From positions 26,102,001 to 26,166,000 of the forward strand of contig NC_043004.1 of assembly GCF_006345805.1 (NCBI RefSeq): a stretch of DNA of 64,000 nt. Reading direction: 5' to 3'. Below the pieces are notes generated by a model. The model worked only from the letters and a program-made list of their open reading frames with translations. It searched no databases and was not told where the DNA came from. The first letter of the stretch is position 1. Each line of letters opens with the position of its first letter. Shown in pieces: positions 10,269-64,000 of this stretch. The stretch is from Octopus sinensis. Taxonomy: Eukaryota. The position numbers and the translations under genes were made by a program.

Positions 10269-13200
10269 CTACAGGGGCACACTTAGAATATGTCCATTCA
10301 CACGGAACATCCATACTACATTCACCCAACTTTCGACAAAGTTACTGGGTGACAGCATCTCCTTTTCTAGTCTCACCTTCCTTTTCAGGTGGAACCTGAA
10401 ATGAGCAGACACTGTAATAGTGCAGAACGGTTTCCACCTCCGCATGCACCTCGGACAAGACCGTTTGACTGCACATCCGTGCCTGTAGAGCTTATCACGA
10501 ACCGGCAGCGCCCCTTCCCCCCAGCATTACCAGGCCAGAGATTTCTGCAAATTATCCATAGGCCTCGGCTCGAAAGTCCTCCGGAAGAGACCAGCCAGTT
10601 GACCGCTCTCAGCGCCCGAGATAGTCGTCGCTCTTGCCTTCAACTAATCCCCAATAGAACTCCAAGGTGGAACTTCCACCGACCGCATTGTCCGACTGGT
10701 CGAGGGATGTGGGCGCTTGGAGACACTCTAGCTTCCAAGCGCCCTATCTCGCTTTACGCCTGATCCCGGTCTTTAGCTCCGTCAAGGAGACGAGCTGCGG
10801 AAAAGCGAGTCTAATAAACGGTGACCACACCTATTCACCGCTAAGGCATCACTGGAGATGTCGCAGCATCAGCGCATGTCTGCGCATCATCAGCCACGGT
10901 ATGCCCAGTCCTCCACGCAACGGGTGCTGACAGCAAATGGACCGTCTGACAAGTGGTACCCTTCCATTTCACAAGAAGGAGAAGAGCAAGCGCACCAGCC
11001 TGTTCAGCCACGAAGTGGGGCAAGGGACGACAGTCAGGCGGTAGTATATGATAGATGCGATGTACGCATTTGCCACCTCCGCCCGACCTTCCAAGGACAG
11101 CTTCCTTTCGGTCTATTTCTGGGAGAGACTGACCACCCTGTCTGTACCTCTTGTCCATTTGGAGGTCTAGACCAAACCAGACCCCAAGCAACTTAACCGG
11201 TCCTTCCGTCCAGCGCCCCACAACGCTGTCAGTCGCCATGGATCTGCCTCTCCAGGTGCCGAGCAGTAGGCCCACTGATTTCTCCTGTCACCACTTCGTA
11301 TTCCCTTAGGGTAGTACCGACCATCTCTATTTCAGAGACATCCGGCACTATCACGGTGGCATCGTCCGCATACGCTGAGACACCTCTTTCGCATCTTAGC
11401 TCACGCAAGATGCCCCTCGAAACATCTAGATTCCGCAGTAATGGCTGGAGCACCAGTACGTAGAGAAGGGGTGAGAGTGGGAATCCTTGACGGACTGAAC
11501 GGGTGATGCCAAACGATTACGACATGTGGCCATTTACTTTGACCACAGAACAGATGTCGCTGTACATTTCCGTGATCCACCCTCTGAAAACGGGACCGAA
11601 GCCAGCCACCTTTGGACAGCCTGAAAGTACCGATGGTCGACTCTAACGAAGGCTTTCGACTGATCCAAATCGATCAGGGCCCCCACCCATGCCAGGTTCT
11701 TTACCAACCCTCTCTATGATGTATCGCGTAAGGTGGAAGTCGTCGTGGATAGATTTGTTGGGGATAGCGCAAGTCTGTACATCAGGCCACGACAAGCGTC
11801 AACCTCTTTTCTAACACCTCGGCTAAAATTTTATAATCTGCATTTAGCAGAGTTACAGGCCTAAAGTTATCAATAATACCCCCTTGTTCGAATCCTTTCG
11901 TAGCAGCGTCACCTCACCTCGACTCACAGATCTGGGGATTCTCCCGTTCTGCTACCAGTTTCGGTAGACATCTACCAAAATCTCACCAAACAAGTCTGGC
12001 GTATGAATATAAAGCTCCAAGGCCAGACCATCAAATCCCGGAGACTTTTTTCCTTGTGCAACTGTCCAGTACGTCACATATAATATTTGCTGTTATCGGC
12101 ATTTCGCAGAACTCCACATCCCAGGCCGAAAGCCGCGGCAGTCTGTCGAGATTGGAGGTAAAGTTCATCTCCGCCTCCGAATCACCGCGCGCCTCGTACA
12201 ATTCAGTAAAGTGCTGCTGAAATTCCGTACAAATCTGCTTGGACTCATATAGCATGCGCTCATCCCTACCCATCAAAGACCGAATTGTGGTTTTATTACC
12301 ACGTTGGGCCTCAGGCCCATCGAACGGGCTTCATTCCCTAGTGTGTCTTAGCTCTGACAATGCAACCTTCGTCAGTCGCCATGCCTCTACTGAATGCCTC
12401 TTCTAATTTTTTAACTAGTTCTCCCTCTACTTTAGTATTCTCTATTCCTAATTCCCTGCTAAATCCTACCGCTTCTACTCTAACCGCTCATTTACGGCTG
12501 CCCACAATCGGTTGTTGGCGACTGCACCCGTCAGTTTTCGATGGAATAACTTACTAATCCGCTCAGTGAAAGCTTGGCGTGCCAAGAAAGACGCGTTTAG
12601 CTTCCAGTATCCAGGGGGGGGGCGGCGGCCCTGTCTACGGATCCTACCTAGGTCGATCATATAGATCACAAATTTGTGGTCTGTATAGCTGACAATTTCA
12701 AATTGTGGGCAACATATGCTGGTCTGCAAATTACCCTATCTAGATAAGATCTAGATGACTCAATACTATTTGCCCACGTCCATATTGGGGCATTTGGGAA
12801 ATCTAGTCTGAACCTGTCAGCCAACTGGAAACGACTGATCAGGTTTGTGAGGCTTGCGCACCCACCTTTCCTGTCGGCTAGCCCCACCCAATCCACATGT
12901 GCATCCAAGATGGCATTCCAGTTGCCCACTAGCACTAAGGAGCGAGACGTCCTAAGAAAGACCTCCAAGCGTCTAAAGAAATCCGGCTGTCCCGCTCCAG
13001 TCGGTGCGTACACAGCAACCAGTCTAAAGGCACTGTTTTCGTTATCATTCACGTTCAGGACCACCATCCTATCTTCCAGGTTCAAGAAGACCGACCGTAT
13101 CTCAAGATCCAGACCTTTTCTGAACAACAACGCCTCCCCCATTCCCGGTCGACTAAGTGATGCAAAAGTTCTCATAATTATTGAAAATGGGTGCTAAGGC

Positions 13201-13338
13201 GTGCATGTCCGAGATCCTGGTCTCACTGACAGCTATTACGTCTAATTTTCGCCACCTGAGGCCATTGAGCAAGCGACCTTGCTTCCATGACGATCCCAGG
13301 CCGTGTACATTTATACTGCCGATTCTAAACAATACCAT
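10269..13338 (-). pseudogene. Tx1-clade ORF2 (APE endonuclease, RT, C-terminal CCHC), disrupted
   Basis: ORF-track fragments 13153-13338, 12666-13175, 12475-12729, 12031-12276, 11229-11453 and 10841-11275 are colinear pieces of one L1-type ORF2. Confidence 0.85.
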
Positions 13339-13399
13339 GTTGGACGATGGGAATGTGTGAAAGTAGGAGAGAGCTACTTACCAAGGCTTTGTAGAAGAG

Positions 13400-14880
13400 C
13401 GGGAGTGCCTACTCCGTCCCTCTCGTTGGATGTGAAGTTTTTTCTGTAGCAGTTCCTTGTAATATCTGATAGTGAGGTCTTTTTTGAAACTGGGGATATC
13501 TAGATTTTAAAATTTTGTAGTCGCTTTGAGTAACTTTGAAAACTTTTATGCGTGCCAGTATATTTGTGGTTGGTGTGACATAATAATTGGATTCATTAAT
13601 ATCCATGTGTTTGTAGATGTGTTCTATTAATTCGTTATTTTTTGTGATCATGATAATTTGGTGGAATGTAGTCCATCTGTTGTGTATGTTTTGTTTGTGA
13701 TGGTTGTGGAAGTAGGGGCGAGAATGAAGTTATTGTTGCCTGTGTGTGTGTGTAGGTGAGTTTATGCATGGTGTTCTGTTGTTACTGTTCGTTTCTTCCT
13801 CCATTTTCTTGTACCTGCCTGTTTTTTTGATTATCGTTTGTGCTCTCCCGTCTTTTTGTTCCTTTTCGCGTAACTGTTTGCCATGCTTATCCCTCCTTAT
13901 TTCCGTCGTTTTCGTTGTGCCAATAGGGGAGGGGTATTTCTTCCACAGGTGTTTGTTTTACTGTTGACGTTGTTAATGGTGTTGTCATTATTTTTGGTGG
14001 GGAGTTCCCTGTCGCTGCCGTTGTTGTTGCTGTTTGTGATGTGGTTGGTGCTGCTGCTGGTGTGCATTCTGCTTGATGTTGTGCAGTTGTTTCCACTCCA
14101 GTCGTTGTTGTAGCTGCAGCTGCTGCCGGCGCTATATTGATTTTTGTGGATGCTGTTGCGTCCAGTTGTCTCTGTTGGCACTATTGTTGCTGCTTCTGCT
14201 GCCCATGTTGTGGTATCTGTTGTTGTTGTGGTTGTAGTGGTGTTAATGGTTGCTGCGGCTCATCCCCCCTTCCCTTCTTTCCTTCGGACAATAAACTCTG
14301 ATGTGATCTGAATCACCACAGAAGTAACATCGCGGCCTTCTTCCTTCCACGATCATCTGCAGATGCCTCCAGGGATTTCTATTAGGTCGGACATTTTCTC
14401 TACAGATTCTAGTTTTACTTGCAGTAGAATTTCCAACCCTACTTCTTTGAGATTTTTTGATTTCTAGGAAGCTTTCACTACCCGCCAGAAATCGATTTCT
14501 GGTGGAACGTTACTTATTTTTATTCGGATCACTCTCTGTCCCAGATAGATGGAAATTAAAGTGAACTCCTCCGTTTTTAATTGGACGGTTTAGTGTTTTT
14601 CTGCTAGTGATTCCGACTGGAATACGATTTTCATGTAGTCGAACTTTGGGGTGTGGCAGACAAAGCAGACAACTCCCATATATTTTTCAGACAGAGCTCG
14701 ACTTGGTCTGATGGTATTTTTTCCAGTCTTCTTTTCATGGACAGACATCTGTACATGATTGTTTTTTTTTACGGTTGTCTCTAGCAGGTTTTGAGGCGCA
14801 TTTAGTGTAGCCTTTCGTTCTTCACGTCTTATAACCCTCTCAGCTTCCTTTAGATGTTCTTCCTTATCCTTTAAAGACTC
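13400..14880 (-). pseudogene. Tx1-clade ORF1 (gag-like) with CX2CX4HX4C zinc knuckle and Thr/Ala-rich segment
   Basis: The reverse complement of 14288-14329 encodes CYFCGDSDHIRVYC, preceded by VEGRRPR; it lies upstream of the ORF2 ATG. Confidence 0.7.
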
Positions 14881-15146
14881 AATTTAAAACTTTTCTGTAA
14901 CTTTTGCAAAAGAAACGCTATTTCTATTTGAACCTTCTCTTTATTTGTTCGAAATTTTACTGATTTGTGTGGTGGTCGTAGTTGTAGTAGTGATGGCGGT
15001 AGTGATATTTTCCTTGCACAACTGGCTGCTGTTAGTTATATTTCGTGCTTCCTTGATCGTATACTCATTACTCCCGATATTTCCACTGTAGTTGTTGTTG
15101 TTGTTGTCATTGCTGTTGCCACTCCTGCTGCTACTACCACTATCTG

Positions 15147-15374
15147 TTTCTTTATTACCCACAGGGGGCCAAACATAGAGGGGACAAACAAGGACAGACA
15201 AAAGTATTAAGTCGATTACATCGACCCCAGTGCGTAACTGGTACTTAATTTATCGACCCCGAAAGGATGAAAGGCAAAGTCGACCTCGGCGGAATTTGAA
15301 CTCAGAACGTAGCGGCGGACGAAATACGGCTACGCATTTCGCCCGGCGTGCTAACGTTTCTGCCAACTCGCCGC
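15147..15374 (-). mobile_element. tRNA-derived SINE family A (Meta-domain-like core) with 15-bp TSD
   Basis: Head GCGGCGAGTTGGCAGAAACGTTAGC, B-box GAGTTCAAATTCC, core GCCTTTCATCCTTTCGGGGTCGATAAA. TSD gctactaccactatc at 15130-15144 and 15373-15387. The Meta-domain name is from memory. Confidence 0.9.
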
Positions 15375-15699
15375 TACTACCACTATCATTTATATCTAGA
15401 GTGAGTTGGGGCGAGTGACGGCAGAAGATAATTTCATGTTCTACATCTCCTCCCTCTTCCCTCTCCTTGAGAAAGACGACGACACCATATTAAATTTTGC
15501 AAATTTTGTAAGGAAATTTTTCTTTTCGAGTGACATTTGCCCCGCAGGGCAAAAAAACCCACCGTTAATCAGACCAATATTGTCTAGATTAACTTAGTCA
15601 CAAGTTATAACAATAAAATGTAACAATAACAATCTTTTTAGAGGTAAACAAGGCACACACTTACGGAGCTCCGAAATACACGTCCAGCTCTGGCAACAA

Positions 15700-15740
15700 T
15701 GATGATGATGATGAAAATGATGATGATGACGATGATGATG

Positions 15741-15786
<46 letters not shown>
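15700..15786. repeat. (GAT)n(AAT)n microsatellite
   Basis: Direct reading. Confidence 0.9.
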
Positions 15787-15788
<2 letters not shown>

Positions 15789-16529
15789 CATATTTATTAG
15801 TTTACGAAAATTGTCCCTTTGAAGAAAAACTTCGGAAGAGAATATTTTGTGAATACTACTTTTATTGAATTCAGTATTTCCATTAAAGCCAAAACTATTT
15901 ATTTACAAAGGGAAAAAATCATATATTTTAGACATGTGAGTTGCTATTAGACTGACTTGAGAGGAAATATGACGGAAACGCTGAAACAGTAAATCTGTAT
16001 CGATTTTGGCTTGCTTATTTAATATTTGTAAATCGCTTGTATTTTGGCCTTATCTAACATTTGTTTATCCTGGTCTATGTTGACTTTCTTATCTGATATT
16101 GGTTTAATTCTTTATGGACATAATTATAAAATGATATTTTGCTCTCAGTTAGTAGTTTTTTCTTCTTTGCATGTCTTATAGATGTCTCATGACCTGTCAG
16201 CCAGTATCAGGTAAAATATCTGCTGTGAGTACAAATATCTAATGTGGCTGTCCATAAAGTATCGGCAGTTTGTTCTTTAAAATCTCTCCTTGCCTACATA
16301 AGAAATGTTATTTAGCTGTCATACACAATGGGATGAATATGTAAAACTATAATATATCATGGGTAATATTGTATGTGACAACTAAAAGTATAAAGTTTGT
16401 ACCAACTAACTCACTGGTGTATGGAATCTCTTCTAATTGTAGAAAACCTGGTAGTACTTAGGCGACGTAAGCCATAACTGCTCCACAATATTACATGAAA
16501 TGGCAACTAACTGCTGCATTGCTGCCGAT

Positions 16530-16648
16530 AATTCTACTCTTTGGAGTTTCAATTCGATAATTCCCTTCTGTGGCGTTACAATTTCGTAATTCCACTCTTT
16601 GGCGCTTCAATTTGATGATTCCACTCTTTGGCGTTACAATTTGAAACT
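16530..16648. repeat. ~29-bp tandem repeat x4 (attccactctttggcgttacaatttg..)
   Basis: Four imperfect adjacent units. Confidence 0.7.
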
Positions 16649-18096
16649 TTTTGTGATAATTTGTCCAAATGATTTCTTTCAGATTAGTTCTTTGTTCATT
16701 GTTCATTGTTCCACTCCTAAAGTTGCTCAGAGAACACACTAACTCTTGAAAAATTACACTTATTCAGCAGCTACACACCCATACATATATGCACATACCT
16801 CACATATATGCACATATATATATATATGTATACACCACACGCACACACAGCATACAAACACTCACACTCATCAGGCGACACAAAGGCGTATGCGCACTGA
16901 AATCGTTTTTTCACCTCCTTTACACTTTTACACAAAGGTGAATACATACTATGCTTATATTCCTATTTTCTCTTTTCATTTTCATGGACATATAACGCAA
17001 ATCATGTTTGTAAATTATATTGCTGGGAATCACTCACAATATAGCACCTGAACGAGGCCGCATTACTTAATTGATTCTCTAACATAATTTCTTACTGACA
17101 CAAATTCTATAGGACCTTTGCTCATTATGTAAAATAATTATAATTTCTCATCTCAGCTAAAATTCTCTTTTCCCACAGAACTTTATTCTCCTACTACCTC
17201 CACTCCCTTACCTCGACGCTTAATTTTCTAACGTCTCTCTGTCCATTGCTCCTTGCGCACACATCCCGTGAGGTTGAATGACAACACTATTTATTCAACC
17301 AGCTATTTACTTTATCTTTTTTATACCTGGTTATTGTCAACGTGTATCTTCATCACATCTCACCTCTTAATCCCACCTTCTGTTTCACTATTTCCTTCCG
17401 CTTCATCCAACTTATACTCCTTTCTCTTCTCTTTAAACGTCTCCATTTGTGAACACTACCAGACAACTCGCATTTACCTCTCTACTCTTGAAAAAGGAAA
17501 GCTAACTTACTTTAATTATTCCATCTGGATTTATCGCTGATTGCACACCTATGACACCATGTACAAATTACTTGCGAATATGGTTATTACTCAAGTTATG
17601 GCCAGCTTGAAATATCTGTTGAGATAATACTTTACACAAATTTTTCCATAGTTTATAATCTATATTTTGTGTTCCAGGTAAATATATGTCACAAGCCTAG
17701 CTGTATTTATTTAACTTGCTACCTCAATAGACATACACTCATGGAATCTATAATAATTGGATGCATACTTTGCTTTTCTTGTCTCTCTCACTCTCTCTCT
17801 CTCAATATCCTTTTCTTTCTCGGTTTATTCTCCTCTTTCACACACACATATGTAGGCACAAAATCGCATGCGTACTCTATCTATGTTTTCCTTACCTTTG
17901 TTCAGTTTATGTTGCTTCTTCCCCCATTTTTCTCTGTCACTTATGTCAACCCGCAACTGCTATTAAAAACTGCAATGATTTATCCATTTCACCCTCTTCT
18001 CTCTCTCTCTTCCTCTATTTAACTTTCTCTCCCACTCACTTACCCTCTATATCCTTACACTCTCTCTCACCTACTCTCATTCATCATCATCTAATG

Positions 18097-62538
<44,442 letters not shown>

Positions 62539-63204
62539 CTGTGGGGAAGAAATAACGCAAAATACTTCCTACAATTAGTTCATATTGGAAAACACAGTGT
62601 CTACATGCTGGGTACAGACATGGCTGTGTGGTCAAGTTCGCTTCACAACTATTTAGCTCTCGGTTCGAGTCCTCTGTATGTCGGCTATCATAAACCCAGA
62701 CTATGTGAGGGAAACCAAGAAGACGGAAACAGGAAGGGTACTCGTCTCGCGCGCTCTCTCTCTTTCTTTCTCTCTCTCTCTCTAGTAAAAGAGAAGAAAA
62801 ATGCACTGAAATGATTATGTTGGAGAAATATATTTATGAAGTAAAATATTTACACAGTCGACTGAACAATTAGTGATAGTGTTAAGGATTCCGTGCTACC
62901 ATATTAGTTGTACTCATTTGATGCTGGTGGGAAGTAAATAAATAAATTTGAGTGGGGACAATCAGTGATTATTAGAAGCAGGGAAGATAATTGCTAATTT
63001 TTGGGGTAAATAAATTAAATGTGGAATTGTATATAAAAATACGATTCTAACAAGCAGGGGAGGTCGATTTTTTCCTTCTTTGGACTTTTCCCTTTTCCTT
63101 TTTTTCTTTCCGACGAAAAGCTAAGCTCAAAACATCAAAAACTAATACATTCCATATGCACGTCCTCTTGTTTGTTATTATTTTTAATGTTCGTTTATTT
63201 GATT

Positions 63205-63248
63205 TGATTATATATAATATATATATATATATTATATATATATATTAT

Positions 63249-63280
<32 letters not shown>

Positions 63281-63351
63281 CTAGCTGAAGGTGACCCGCT
63301 CTACGCGCGGGTAAGAGTGTGGTATATATATATAAATGTATACAAATATAT

Positions 63352-63388
<37 letters not shown>

Positions 63389-63430
63389 GTAAATACAGAT
63401 ATATGCACTTTGTATATATAAAGATTATTA
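63205..63430. repeat. Imperfect (TA)n tract containing a possible Helitron-type 5' end (ACTAGC..acccgc hairpin gcgggt, 63280-63312)
   Basis: The tract is read directly; the Helitron call rests on resemblance only. Confidence 0.6.
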
Positions 63431-64000
63431 TATATACATATTTATATATAGATACACAGACACATATATAAATTAACCCAATAAATATCTGATTCATAAT
63501 ATTTGTTGTCATGATTGAGTGGTGGTTGTGGCGATGATAATTCTCTCTATGAATGCAGACAGACGTGGAGAGTGAGAGTGTGTGAAAGCGCTGTGGAAGG
63601 CAGGGAGGGGGATAACGGACGCTGTGAAACGACGTTATAAAGAGAAAGTGAATGTAAGGGAGGTAGACGCTGTGAAACGACGTTATAGATAGAATGTGAA
63701 AGGAAGGGAGAAAAGTGAGTGAGTGATGGAGGAAGACAGATACATAAAAGAATGAGAGTGTTGGATGTTTTGTTTGTTGGACCAATGTATTAAGGTAGTA
63801 TTGTTTTATTGTTTTAAAACGAAAGAGGCAATGTGTTTGTTTCAAAAATAAAAAAATCTGTTATAGTGAATGAAATTAGAATTCACACCCAGCTCAGTTT
63901 TGTAGAAAGAGTATCACTATGTGAACTCATGAGTTGGGAGTTTGACTGAGAGAGTTTATATGGTGACACATGCCAGTCCTTTCGACACCACCTAAACAAT

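Larger units (their letters stand above)
10025..14940 (-). mobile_element. Near full-length decayed Tx1/L1-clade LINE (ORF1 + ORF2 + 3'UTR with AATAAA)
   Basis: ORF2 from MVLFRIGSINVHGL (13338) through DVIAVSETR, VLVGNWNAILD, SYLDRV, QGFPLSPLLYVL, SAYADD and CPRC to TAG at 10269-10271. ORF1 has a CCHC knuckle. The 5' boundary is approximate. Confidence 0.88.

Noticed and set aside
9417-10286. Long ORFs over microsatellites (also 20203-21042, 6663-7097, 63195-63845 and others)
   Set aside because: Poly-N/I/YVCM/HT translations are artefacts of stop-free simple repeats.
62539-64000. Next upstream MAM exon (expected YIE..SP..C, ending in phase 2)
   Set aside because: No matching peptide was found in any minus-strand frame; it probably lies beyond the window.

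Overview
This is eukaryotic, repeat-dense DNA. It is most likely from a coleoid cephalopod (Octopus-like); I infer that from recalled SINE families and the extreme microsatellite density, not from a database match. One host gene can be supported: a minus-strand, multi-exon gene encoding tandem MAM domains. Nine coding exons were reconstructed by hand between 62538 and the TGA at 18097-18099. All have GT-AG junctions with compatible phases and give 421 codons covering the C-terminal part of one MAM domain plus two complete ones. The 5' part of the gene lies beyond the right edge or was not found. The rest is introns and intergenic DNA filled with decayed mobile elements: four Tx1/L1-clade LINE pieces (one nearly full length with an ORF1 zinc knuckle), R4/Dong-like fragments next to (AAT)n, an RTE, a CR1/L2-like relic, several Penelope-like elements, a Gypsy-like pol/LTR relic, three mariners, three tRNA-derived SINE families, MITE/foldback structures, a 22-23 bp satellite and many microsatellites. 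There is no CRISPR, rRNA or genuine tRNA gene. I found no clearly new biological system. The best leads are a copy of a MAM exon, with its splice acceptor, embedded in an intronic SINE; a 480-nt stop-free, in-frame exon block bracketed by an inverted SINE pair (candidate domain-skipping or circRNA unit); and several foldback structures near exons. Percent identities are estimates by eye.
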